Shown: positions 27,574 through 37,900 of the stretch, one piece after another
Layout of the letters: each line of letters opens with the position of its first letter
Numbering within the stretch: the first letter of the stretch is position 1
From: Bacteroidales bacterium
GTDB lineage: Bacteria > Bacteroidota > Bacteroidia > Bacteroidales > WCHB1-69
Direction: 5' to 3'
Length of the DNA stretch: 64,000 bases
Assembly: GCA_017615595.1 (NCBI GenBank)
Contig: JAFZZT010000046.1
Coordinates: forward strand, 4,746 to 68,745
Program-made: the position numbers and the translations under genes
The notes under the pieces: model-generated
The model's input: only the letters and a program-made list of their open reading frames with translations
Databases searched by the model: none
Told to the model about the DNA's origin: nothing

Positions 27574-29511
27574 TTATTTGGATTTCTTTTGTTGTTGTCT
27601 TTGCATCTGGGCCTGCTGCTTCTGCAGTTCCTCCATCTTGATCTGCCATTTCGACTTCTTCACCGGCTTTTTCATGTTGGCCTTGAGCTGCTCGTGCAGT
27701 TTCTCATCATCGACAGCCACACGGAAAATCCACATCTGCAAGAACGTGAAGATGTTGAACAGCAAGTAATAGTACGTCAATGCGGAAGCGAAATTGTTGA
27801 ACATGAAGAAGAACATGATCGGCATCATATACATCATGATGCTCATCATGCGTTGTTGGTCTTTATTGCCTTGGGTGGGGTTCATCAGCTTGTTGTTGAT
27901 CCACGTATAGACAATGGTGGCGATGGTCATGAGGATCGTGAAGAGGCTCAAGTGGTCGCCCAGCAACGGCACATGATGGGTAAAGTTCCAGATAGAATCG
28001 TAGGTGGAGAGGTCCTCGGCCCAGAGGAACGACTGTTGTCGCAGCTCATAGGAGGCCGGGAAGAAACGGTACATGGCGATGAGGATCGGCATCTGGAGCA
28101 GCATGGGCAGACATCCGCCAGCGGGCTTCACACCCGCACTGCGATACAGGGCCATGGTCGCCTGCTGTTTCTTCATCATGTCCTCCTCTTTCGGATAGCG
28201 TGCATTGATGGCTTCAATCTCCGGCTTCAGCACACGCATCTTGGCGGACGACATGTAGGTTTTGTAGCTGACAGGCAGCAAGACGACCTTCAAGGCTATC
28301 GTCAGCAGCAGGATGATGATGCCGTAGCTCAGACCATAGACCTCCAGCCAGTTGAACACCGGGATGATGATGAAACGGTTGATCCAATGAAGCAGGAAGA
28401 AGCCCCAGCCCAGCGGCACCTGGCGTTCCAGTTTCATCTTGTAGGTCTTGAGCAGCCGGTACTGGTTCGGGCCCACATACATCGACATGTTGAAGGAGCC
28501 CTTGTTCAGATCAGGCATCTGGAAGTCGAGGTCGGCCTTGCAGTACTTGAGCACCTCGCGCTCCTCCTTGTCGGGGGCAGTGGCTGACAGCGTGCCGGAA
28601 TCAAACGCCTGCTCACCGTCAACAATCAGCGTGGCTGTAAAGAACTGCTGTTTGAAGGAGACCCACTTCAGAGGAGAGGTAAAATCCTTCGTGCCACCCT
28701 TGCGTTCGTCTATATTGCCAACCTCCTCCGTGTTGTCCATGTAATAGACGGAGGTGAGGTTTTTCTCATTCTCGTAGTTCTTCTCCACATTCTTGGGCTC
28801 GGCGTTCCATTCCAGCGTATAGTTGTGCTTGGTAGGATACAGATAGGGCTCCATGTTGACGAAACGCACCTTGTAGGTGAACATGTAGTCGTCCGGAGAG
28901 AACGTATAGAGATACTCGATGTAAGAGTTGACGTTGAGGGTCTGGCATTGGTTCGAGTCGCCCTGGTTGTTGGGGTAGATACGCAGCGACAGGGAATTGT
29001 GCTCCTCGTCCACCACGAGAGTGTCCGCGCCCATCTCGGACAAGAAGATGCAGTCGCGGGTACCAATCTCGGTCTGATCGCGCAGCTGCAACTTGATGTT
29101 AAGATCGTTGGTGCCGCCCTCAAAGACTTCCATCAAAATCTTGGCGGAATCTTTGGGCGTGTAGCGGTACACGTCCTTGAGGCAGACTTTGCGAAGGCAA
29201 CCGCCCTGCTTGGCGAAATAATACCAAGCCTTGTTGGTCTCCACCACATAGTCGTCCATGTTGGCCAGCTGCGGTGTCGAGAACTGCTGCTGAGCCACCG
29301 GAGCGGGGGCCGCCGTATTGTCATTCAGTGAATCTTGGGCTGTCAACGAGAGCGCCTGCGCGATAGAATCTTCCTCCTGTCGAGCCATCTCCTCAAGAGC
29401 TTGCTGCTCTTGTTCCTGCATTACCTTCCTGGCTTTGTTGGACTGATAGAAGCTGAACCCAAGGAACAAGCCAAATATCAGCAACAATCCAATAACCGTA
29501 TTTCTATCCAT
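27574..29511 (-). CDS. yidC: membrane protein insertase YidC
   Basis: The track ORF (831 aa) reads through upstream. The real start is the ATG at 29511 (MDRNTVIGLLLIFGLFLGF is the TM1 anchor). It has a large periplasmic domain, then a conserved C-terminal 5-TM core (PLGWGFFLLHWI..., GGCLPMLLQMPILIAMY). Confidence 0.88.
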   Translation of the reverse strand: MDRNTVIGLLLIFGLFLGFSFYQSNKARKVMQEQEQQALEEMARQEEDSIAQALSLTAQDSLNDNTAAPAPVAQQQFSTPQLANMDDYVVETNKAWYYFAKQGGCLRKVCLKDVYRYTPKDSAKILMEVFEGGTNDLNIKLQLRDQTEIGTRDCIFLSEMGADTLVVDEEHNSLSLRIYPNNQGDSNQCQTLNVNSYIEYLYTFSPDDYMFTYKVRFVNMEPYLYPTKHNYTLEWNAEPKNVEKNYENEKNLTSVYYMDNTEEVGNIDERKGGTKDFTSPLKWVSFKQQFFTATLIVDGEQAFDSGTLSATAPDKEEREVLKYCKADLDFQMPDLNKGSFNMSMYVGPNQYRLLKTYKMKLERQVPLGWGFFLLHWINRFIIIPVFNWLEVYGLSYGIIILLLTIALKVVLLPVSYKTYMSSAKMRVLKPEIEAINARYPKEEDMMKKQQATMALYRSAGVKPAGGCLPMLLQMPILIAMYRFFPASYELRQQSFLWAEDLSTYDSIWNFTHHVPLLGDHLSLFTILMTIATIVYTWINNKLMNPTQGNKDQQRMMSIMMYMMPIMFFFMFNNFASALTYYYLLFNIFTFLQMWIFRVAVDDEKLHEQLKANMKKPVKKSKWQIKMEELQKQQAQMQRQQQKKSK

Positions 29512-29580
29512 ACTAACAAATAAAATTGGCTGCAAAAATACAAAAAATAATTGTATTATTGCAGCGAAATCATCATCCTT

Positions 29581-30765
29581 ATGAACTCGAACCATTTTTT
29601 TGTATGGATGCTTACACTCAGCCTGTTGTGCGCAAATCTCGCAGTGACGGCACAGAATGACACCATCCCTTTCCTCTACCGGGGGCACCTGTATGTTAAC
29701 GCCACCATCAACGACACCATCAGCCTCGGCATCATATATGACACCGGGGCCTCCGACCATTTCGGGGTGGACTCTGTATGGCTGGCCCATTCCGACTGGA
29801 CGCCCACGGATATGGGCACTGCCCGAAGCGGAGGCGGGGCCGGTTACATGACCGTCCCCCTCATCCTGGATTCCACGAAAGTAAACATCGGCACCATCCA
29901 GGAACAATATGCCATGGTTCCGGTCTTCAAGCTGCGGGACGTGTTGGACTGCCATCTCGACGGCATCAGCGGCATCAAAGGGATTACCGACCACCCGTTG
30001 GAGATCAACTTCGAGCAAAATTTGATGATAAAGCACAAAAACGGCCTGCCCGACACGAAAGGCTACCAACAGATTCCCATCCGATATGAAAACACCCGTA
30101 TACTGCTACAGGTAGAGACTAATATCGGGGGCACTCTTGTCAAAGGATGGTATCTGATGGACACGGGCAGCGGCGGCACCGTCACTTTCACAGCCCAAGC
30201 CACCAGCCTTTTTCAGCTCGACACCATTTCCGGCAAAAGATACATCAGCGATGTAACCCAAAACGGTCTTGGCGACAAAAAACAGGAATACTATGTCAGC
30301 ATGATGCCCGACCATATCATCATTGGGAGTGACACCATCTTTGAAAGACCCATCTCCTATATTCCGGAAGGTGTGGGGGCCTTAGGCTACGCGAAATACT
30401 TAGGGGTGATTGGCAACGGCATCTGGTCAAGGTATAACATCATCATCGATGTGGAAAACGAGGTGCTCTACCTGCGTCGTTTCAAGGAGTTCACCCCGCC
30501 TATACCCACCTATGACTATACGTTCAGAAACCGCACGGACATCTGCAAAGGATGGGTTGTCTCAGGGCTGATCCGGGCGGGCGATGCAGTCAGCGCAGGC
30601 ATGGCCTTGGGCGACACCATCATCTCCATCAACGGAAGAAATGTGACCGACTATTCTTGGGATGAGGAATGGGACATCGACACCATCCCTATGCAGGTGC
30701 TGGACATCATAGGCATCGACGGCAGCGAAAAGCGCATCACGATAGCGGCAAAGCGGTTGTGGTAG
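29581..30765 (+). CDS. secreted retropepsin-like aspartic protease with two DTG lobes and a C-terminal PDZ domain
   Basis: Start moved to the ATG at 29581 (signal peptide). Two active-site-like motifs, IIYDTGASDHF and YLMDTGSGGTV. PDZ-like segment GDAVSAGMALGDTIISINGRNV. Confidence 0.6.
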   Translation: MNSNHFFVWMLTLSLLCANLAVTAQNDTIPFLYRGHLYVNATINDTISLGIIYDTGASDHFGVDSVWLAHSDWTPTDMGTARSGGGAGYMTVPLILDSTKVNIGTIQEQYAMVPVFKLRDVLDCHLDGISGIKGITDHPLEINFEQNLMIKHKNGLPDTKGYQQIPIRYENTRILLQVETNIGGTLVKGWYLMDTGSGGTVTFTAQATSLFQLDTISGKRYISDVTQNGLGDKKQEYYVSMMPDHIIIGSDTIFERPISYIPEGVGALGYAKYLGVIGNGIWSRYNIIIDVENEVLYLRRFKEFTPPIPTYDYTFRNRTDICKGWVVSGLIRAGDAVSAGMALGDTIISINGRNVTDYSWDEEWDIDTIPMQVLDIIGIDGSEKRITIAAKRLW

Positions 30766-30784
30766 AATATTAGCGGTTGGCTGA

Positions 30785-32320
30785 TTACTTCTTGAACGGC
30801 AACGAAATCATAAAGGTACTCCCCTTCCCTTCGATGCTCTGCACCTCGATTTTTCCTTTATGCATGGTGACAATCTTCTTCACATAGCCCAATCCGAGTC
30901 CGTAGCCCTTCACGTTATGCACGTTGCCCCTCGGCACACGGTAGAAGTTGTTGAAAATCTCAGGCAGTGATTTCTTCGGGATCCCGATGCCTTTGTCGGT
31001 CACGGAGAGCATGAAGTATTTCTCGTTGGAGAGGGTGTTGATGAGGATTTCAGGGCATCCCTGGGAGTACTTGATGGCATTCTCCACAAGGTTAACCAGC
31101 ACATTAGTTAAATGCTCTTTGTCTCCGAATATCTTGTAGTTATCTGCATTCAGCGCCAGATTCAGCGTGCCTTGATTGCTGTTCACGAGCAGGGCGATAC
31201 TATCCACCACTTTGCGAACCAGCTCATGCATGTCGATCAACTCTATGTTCATCTTCACCTGCCCTTTTTTCAATTGTGCGATCTGCAGAATATTGGTGAC
31301 CATGGATTGCAGACGCTCGTTTTCATCCCGGATGATGTTGACGTATGTGGCTTGCAGTTCCGGGTCGCTCTTGGTCACGGAGTCGCCCATGGCCTCACAA
31401 GCCAAGGAGATGGTGGAGATGGGGGTCTTGAACTCATGCGTCATGTTGTCCACGAACTCGTTGGTCACCTCCGACACCTTTTTCTGCCGATACATGGAAT
31501 ACAGTGAGACAAACGAGATGGCGGAGACCAGGAAGACCAGGCACAGAATCATGATCACAATCGTGCTCATACGCTGCAGGAAGATGCCTCGCTCCGTAGG
31601 GAAATAGAGGATGATATAGTGCGGCGAGCTGACCTTCTCGTTGTATTTCAAGCGAAACACATAATCACTCTTGAGCATGACCTCGCGCGGGATAGTGGCG
31701 GGCTCCACCACAAACTCGGTCGTGAAAGCATTATACAACGCAAAATCAAACTTGGCCTCGATGGTCTCTTCCCGCAAGGCCTCCTTGATCAGGTTTTTCA
31801 AAAAGCTGGGATTCAAAATATCCTTGGTGGTGCTGTCAAGCTGCACCATATTGACATCCACCTTCTCGAGAAAACTCTCCGGAACATTCTCCTGCTTTTT
31901 GGGAGACCAAGGATCCTTATAGAGCGGGAACAGCATCCGGAAGGAGTCGCTGAAGTAGGTGGTGTCACTGGAAACGACACGCACATTGTCCTCCTTGAGG
32001 TATATTTCCGTCATGATCACCCCTATGGGTTGATTGTTAGTACTGTCTATCAAGAACTTACGGGAGTGTTGCACCGAGACGACATCGGTGGTGTCGATAG
32101 ATTCCGTGAGCGTGGAATCCGCCACAGGCATCAACGTGTCGTTTTTCAAGATAGCATCGATCTGATTCACCACAGTATTGCCAGCCGTCAGCACCTCATT
32201 CACAAAGATGCTGCGTTGCACCTTCTCCGCCTCCGTGTAGAGCTTGAAGATGGCGAGGATCAAGAAAAAAGTGGTGACGATAACCACGAAAAACAAGGAC
32301 ACTATAATACGTTTCTTCAT
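30785..32320 (-). CDS. sensor histidine kinase (2 TM, HisKA plus HATPase_c)
   Basis: H-box MTHEFKTPIS, N-box LVNLVENAIKY, G-boxes DKGIGIP and GYGLGLGYV. No adjacent response regulator. Confidence 0.85.
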   Translation of the reverse strand: MKKRIIVSLFFVVIVTTFFLILAIFKLYTEAEKVQRSIFVNEVLTAGNTVVNQIDAILKNDTLMPVADSTLTESIDTTDVVSVQHSRKFLIDSTNNQPIGVIMTEIYLKEDNVRVVSSDTTYFSDSFRMLFPLYKDPWSPKKQENVPESFLEKVDVNMVQLDSTTKDILNPSFLKNLIKEALREETIEAKFDFALYNAFTTEFVVEPATIPREVMLKSDYVFRLKYNEKVSSPHYIILYFPTERGIFLQRMSTIVIMILCLVFLVSAISFVSLYSMYRQKKVSEVTNEFVDNMTHEFKTPISTISLACEAMGDSVTKSDPELQATYVNIIRDENERLQSMVTNILQIAQLKKGQVKMNIELIDMHELVRKVVDSIALLVNSNQGTLNLALNADNYKIFGDKEHLTNVLVNLVENAIKYSQGCPEILINTLSNEKYFMLSVTDKGIGIPKKSLPEIFNNFYRVPRGNVHNVKGYGLGLGYVKKIVTMHKGKIEVQSIEGKGSTFMISLPFKK

Positions 32321-33333
32321 AATCCTGCTAGATTTTTAAGAAAAGTGCATGTTTCATCCAAATATCCGGCACTTTGGAAAGCAGCGCCGAGCTCCACCCC
32401 GTCTTTTGTTATATCTTTTTTACTTTCAACAAGATATATATCTAAAAAAGAGTGTTCTAGCTGTTTCTTCACCTCCTCCATGTCCGAATAAAACACATAA
32501 TGGATAACGCCGACTGGCGGGATTTCTTGTGTTTGCTCCACCAACAAAAAAGTACCTGCATCCATGTAGTACTTCTGGCTCATCAGGCGGATGGACTTTT
32601 GATATTCCAGATGATTCAGGAACTGGTGATGCTGCTGGATAGAAACACTCTGCTTCTGGATAGCCTGCAACAACGGAACAAAGTCATAACCATCTGGCAC
32701 ATAGATCGTTCTCACAGACTGTCGGGCCCGGCCGAAGAAACGGACCATGTCCTTTGACAATTGCAACAGGTCGTCTTCGGATTCTTCTCCAGTCAGCACG
32801 GCGACAGAGCCTTGGCGGGGACGTATCAAGTGTGGGGTGTCTGGCAGATAGCGTTCCCAAACGGCCGTATTGCCTTCCATCTCATTCACGATAACCGCAT
32901 CGCAATGAGGCAGTTTCTCCACCACGCGCATGCGGCCGCGAAGCAGCGGCTCCAGCGTTTCAAGCTCTTGGATCATCATCGGCAATAAAACGCTGTCGTC
33001 TGGATGTTGCTTGATGACACAGTCGAACCCCATCAACACCGCGCAGAGCATGTCGGCAAAAGCGGACAACGGGGTCCTGCCATCCGGCACCAAGCCCACA
33101 GTCCGAACAGGGAATCTGTCAAAAGTAGAATTAAACCTATTCTTTAGGTAATCAATATCAAGTATCTCTGCAATAGACATTAATGACATGCTGCAAAACT
33201 CTGGCGTAAACCAAGGATTTTGCAGATACTGTCGTTGGATAAGAGGTTCTTTGGATTGAAAAGAGTCGTCCGCTTTCAGCTGAAAGCCGAGGTTGGCGAA
33301 AGGGTATATCGTATCGTTTTTCAAGGGCAACAT
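32317..33333 (-). CDS. LuxC-like acyl-CoA reductase family protein
   Basis: 338 aa. The N-terminal NPWFTPEF block and overall length recall the Bacteroidota acyl-CoA reductase (LuxC) family. 4-nt overlap with the kinase gene. Confidence 0.45.
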   Translation of the reverse strand: MLPLKNDTIYPFANLGFQLKADDSFQSKEPLIQRQYLQNPWFTPEFCSMSLMSIAEILDIDYLKNRFNSTFDRFPVRTVGLVPDGRTPLSAFADMLCAVLMGFDCVIKQHPDDSVLLPMMIQELETLEPLLRGRMRVVEKLPHCDAVIVNEMEGNTAVWERYLPDTPHLIRPRQGSVAVLTGEESEDDLLQLSKDMVRFFGRARQSVRTIYVPDGYDFVPLLQAIQKQSVSIQQHHQFLNHLEYQKSIRLMSQKYYMDAGTFLLVEQTQEIPPVGVIHYVFYSDMEEVKKQLEHSFLDIYLVESKKDITKDGVELGAAFQSAGYLDETCTFLKNLAGL

Positions 33334-34787
33334 CAGCGGACCTCCTCACAGACTTCGTGCATGATGTTCGCGATTTCGTCAGCGGGGAAGACTGGGATGA
33401 TTCCCTCCCGTTGCATATCGTCCACGATTTGGCGGGTCTGGTAGATGTCGTGGGAGGCGATGTCATAGACCTCCTGCCAGGTGCGTTGCTTGCGGGCCAC
33501 GCCTTGGCTGATAGCCTTCATGGCCACGTCTGCGGCCACCGTGGGGAACATGTCCGTATCCATCATCGTAGGCATAATATGCTCTGTGTTAATTCCTTGG
33601 CGTTCCGCGTAATCGGCGATGGAGTGTGCGGCACAGATGGCCATCTCATCGGTGATCTTGCGGGCAGAGACCAGCAGGGTGCCCTTCAGGATGGCGGGGA
33701 AGCACATCGAGTTGTTGACCTGGTTGGGGAAGTCGCCGCGGCCGGTGGCCACGATATAGGCGCCTGCCTCCTTGGCCTCGTACGGATAGATCTCGGGCAC
33801 GGGGTTGGAGCAGCAGAAGACGATGGACTTCTCGGCCATGAGGGAGATCCACTCCTTCTTGATGGTGTCGGGACCGGGCTTGGAGAGGGCCACGAGCACG
33901 TCCGCGTTGCGGAAAGCCTCCTCTTCGGTGGCGATGCGTTGCGGGTTGGTGGACTGGCAGAGCTCCCACTTGCGGTAGTAGCGGGTATCCTGACGGCAGT
34001 CTTCCCTACCCTCGTGCAGCGTCCCCTTGCTGTCGAAGATGATGATGTTGGCGGGGTTGGCGCCGTCTGTGATGAGCAGGCGCGCGATGCTGGTGTTGGC
34101 CGCGCCGGCGCCATAGAGCACGATCTTGACATCGCCGATCTTCTTGCCCGTCAGCTTCAGGGCGTTGAGGATGCCGGCAAGGGTCACACAGGCGGTGCCT
34201 TGCGCGTCATCGTGCCACACGGGGATGTCGCAGGCCTCGCGCAAGTCGTCCAGCACCTTGTAGCAGTTGGGCTGGGAGATGTCTTCCAAGTTGACGGCAC
34301 CGAAACTGTGCTGCACCATCTTGACAAACTCGATTATCTTTTCGGGCTGATGTTTGCCATTCTCGTCCCGACTGTCGATGCAGAGTGGCACGGCATCCAC
34401 GCCACCGAGATATTTCATCAGCATGGCCTTGCCTTCCATGACGCCCAAGCCGCCCGGCGGGGTGCAGTCGCCATCGCCCAGCACTCGCGTGCTGTCGCTG
34501 ACCACCGCCACCATCTGAGCACGGTTGCTCAGCAGGAAAGAGGTGTCGTTGTCGTCACGAATGGTGGTGGAGACGGCCGACACGCCCGGCGTGTACCAAA
34601 CGTTGAACCAGTTGAAACCATATACCGGCGCCTTCGGCAAGGTCTGCATCTTGCCACCATAGAAACGATGCGCAGCAAGGGACAATTTCTTATAAAACAA
34701 AGTCTTGGCTTTCGCCTTTTGTGCTTCTGTAAAATCTTTTGGAAACAAAGCATCCAAATCATCCATGGAAAGAATCGGGTCTGTCAT
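33333..34787 (-). CDS. NAD(P)-dependent malic enzyme (no PTA domain)
   Basis: The track start (34808) is a TTG. I prefer the ATG at 34787, downstream of a TATCTTTG box (rc of 34809-34816). Blocks VAVVSDSTRVLGDGD, GGLGVMEGKAMLMK and LYGAGAAN. Confidence 0.85.
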   Translation of the reverse strand: MTDPILSMDDLDALFPKDFTEAQKAKAKTLFYKKLSLAAHRFYGGKMQTLPKAPVYGFNWFNVWYTPGVSAVSTTIRDDNDTSFLLSNRAQMVAVVSDSTRVLGDGDCTPPGGLGVMEGKAMLMKYLGGVDAVPLCIDSRDENGKHQPEKIIEFVKMVQHSFGAVNLEDISQPNCYKVLDDLREACDIPVWHDDAQGTACVTLAGILNALKLTGKKIGDVKIVLYGAGAANTSIARLLITDGANPANIIIFDSKGTLHEGREDCRQDTRYYRKWELCQSTNPQRIATEEEAFRNADVLVALSKPGPDTIKKEWISLMAEKSIVFCCSNPVPEIYPYEAKEAGAYIVATGRGDFPNQVNNSMCFPAILKGTLLVSARKITDEMAICAAHSIADYAERQGINTEHIMPTMMDTDMFPTVAADVAMKAISQGVARKQRTWQEVYDIASHDIYQTRQIVDDMQREGIIPVFPADEIANIMHEVCEEVR

Positions 34788-34849
34788 ATCTGTAAAATTT
34801 GGGCGCAAAGATACGATTTTTTACAGAACGAAGGTTTGGGTACAGAAGA

Positions 34850-34874
34850 TTAACGTACATCGAACTAACGTTAA
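34850..34874. promoter_or_regulatory. palindrome TTAACGT-N11-ACGTTAA in a divergent intergenic region
   Basis: Perfect 7-bp inverted repeat. It lies a few nt upstream of a TATTTTTG box at about 34880-34887, which faces the M14 peptidase gene. Confidence 0.35.
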
Positions 34875-34962
34875 AATATGTATTTTTGCTTCGTGTTTTT
34901 GAGATTTGTCTGAAATATCGAAAATCCAACATTGAGTTTATCCATTATAATCCGATATAGTT

Positions 34963-37900
34963 ATGAAAATTAAGGATTTCATAGTTTGCGCCTTGACCGT
35001 GTTGGCCGTGCCGTTGTCGGGCCAGGTGGTCTCGCATCCTATTGCAGAGGATTGGGAGTCCGGGGATTTTTCTTCCCTCTCATGGGAGCGTCCCGGTTCG
35101 CAGTATCGTTGGGAAATCACCAGCGAAGGGGCGCACAACGGCCGGTATTGCGCCCGCAGCGGCAACTACTACACGCTGAACACGCAATCGGTGTTGCAGC
35201 TGGGGGTCTATCTGACGGAGAGCGGGAATCTCTCGTATTACCGCAAGGTCTTCTCGGCGGAGGGCAGCGGCGGCTTCCTTTTCTGGCTGGACGGGGAGCT
35301 GCGCGACTCGCTGGCGGGATATGTGGATTGGAGCGAGTTCCAATGCCCCATCAGTTCGGGCTACCATGTGCTGAAGTTTTGCTATACCAAGAACCAGACG
35401 AAAAGCAAGGGGTCGGATTGCGTGTGGATTGACGACATACAGCTGCCCGAAGGCCTCATAACGCAATGGCAGACGGGCTCTTGCGAGACCCCAGACGCGC
35501 CGCAAGCAGTGGTCAGCGACAGCCAGGTGGTGTTGTCGTGGAGCAACGCCTACCATGCGGAAGATATCCTGCTTTTTGATGATGTGGAAGGTCATCCCTA
35601 CGGGGCTGTCAATTCTCCCGGCACGCTGGGATGGCGCTATATAGACGGAGACGGGGCGCCCACCGCCCCCTTCGGCGTGTTGAGTTTCCCCAACGTAGGC
35701 TCGCCAATGGCCTATGTCGTGCTGGACGACTATCTCCTCGTGGGAAACCAATACAACGTCACGGCGCATTCGGGCCACCGATTTTTCGGGAGCCCATTCC
35801 ACTCGAACATCTCCAACGACGACTGGATTGTAAGTCCGGAACTGGACTTCACCGAGCCGTTCACCTTTTCGTTTTATGCCCGCAGCTTCGCCGACCGGTT
35901 TGCGGACGAAAAATTCGTGGCGGCCTACTCCATCACAGACACCAATGCGGGAAGTTTCATCCCCTTGCACTGCGACACCATCACGACCATCGCCGAGTGG
36001 AACGAATATTCCTTCCTAGTGCCCGCCGCGGCTAAATATGTAGCGATACACTGCGTATCGCACGACCAGTATATGTTTTGCTTGGACGACCTCACCATTC
36101 ATGGACGAAGGACGAGCGGACACCCTTGCAATGTTTATCGAGACGGGGTGCTGATTGCCTCGGAGGTAACCGACTCGGTGTATGTGGACAGCCTAGCCAC
36201 CGCCGGAGCGCATTGTTATTCCATCACCTATATCTGCGGCGAGATGGAGTCAGCGCCTTCCGACACCGTATGCATCCATCTCGCTACCGGACCGGCAACG
36301 GTCACGACAGAGAAAGAAGACACCGTGCCTTACGTGTTGACGTCCGCATCCAAAGACATCAGCGACAACCACATGGCCAACACACTGGAGGAGATGCTGC
36401 GGTGGAACAAGTACCCGACTTACGGGGTTTACACCCAACTCTTGCAATATTTCCAAGACTCCTTCCCGAATCTTTGCCAGATAGACACCATTCTGGAAGA
36501 CACGCCCCATCCGGATTTGCATCACTCCATCTTCGCCATCCACATCAGCAACACGCTGGGGCAGGCCACCACGAAGCCGGCCTTCCTCTATTCATCAACC
36601 ATGCACGGGCGGGAAGTGGTCTGTTACTACATGGTGCTGCGTCTGGCGGACTATATCCTGAACCATGCGACCACCGACACCGTCGTTCAGAGGCTGCTGG
36701 ACAATGTTGACCTATACATCTGCCCGTTGGAGAACCCAGACGGGACCTACCATCAAAGCGACGACCTGATTTGGGACGACGGGGTCCATACCATCTACCA
36801 CAATTACAACAATGTGCAGCTGAATCTCAACTACCCCTATCTGCCTGGATTGGAGGGCGCAGCCAATATCCAACCCGAGACGCAAGCCATCATCGACTGG
36901 GTCACGCCCATCCATTTCGTGATGTCGGTCAACTTCCATTGCGGCGCCGAGATTGTGAACTACCCGTGGGACGCCTGGACGACCCAGCAGCGCGCCCATG
37001 CCGATGCTGACTGGTTCCGCTATACCGGCCAGAACTATGCCTCGCTATGTCATGCACAGGACACCGCCTATCTCTATGGTGATTACCGCGGGCGTTCGGT
37101 CATCGAAGGCGCCGACTGGAGCCCGCTTGTTGGCGGCCGGCAGGATTATATGACCTACTACCAGCGCTGCCGCGAGGTGACCATCGAGATGAGTCACTTG
37201 CCGCTGATCACGGACACGACCTTATTGCCCACCTACTGGGACAAGAACAAGGATGCGCTGCTGAGCTACGCGATGGAGTGCAGCTATGGATTCTGGGGCA
37301 CTGTCACGGATGCTGCGACCCACGAGCCCGTTGAGGCCATGGTGAAAGTGCTGAATCACGACCGGTTCCACTCCGAAGTTTTCTCACATCTGCCGTTGGG
37401 CGTATATCATCGTCCGATCATGGCCGGCACCTATACGGTGGAGGTGTCTGCCCCCTGCTATCAGACGGCGACGTTCACCGTCACCATCCGTCCGGGGATG
37501 GCTGTCCAGCACGACGTGGAGCTCCAGCCGCAGGTCGAGGCACCCGTAGCCTTCGACCAGTACATCTTGCCGGGGATGCAGACCACGGTGGTCGCGATGG
37601 CAGAAAACGAGGTGCATTGGTACGATTCAGACACTGCTTCGCAAGCCATTGCCGTGGGGGCTTATTACACCACGCCAGTGCTTTTTGACACGACAACCTA
37701 TTATCTCGAAGAACAGTATCAGAACGACTCGCTCCTGTGCATCAGTCCGCGCAGTGCTGTCACCGTGTATGTCCTTGACAACGTCTCTGTTTCTGAGCAT
37801 AATGAAGATTCCGAACTGAAAATTTTCCCGAATCCCACGGGAGATTTTCTGACGATAGACGTCGGTGGCGAATCCCTGCGTGCCGTGTCGGTCTATGACG

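Noticed and set aside
29512-30069. N-terminal 186 codons of the 831-aa ORF 27574-30069 (minus)
   Set aside because: This is stop-free read-through upstream of the true YidC start (ATG at 29511, MDRNTVIGLLLIF is the membrane anchor). It overlaps the opposite-strand protease gene, and its composition (G/V/D/A-rich) has no family resemblance.
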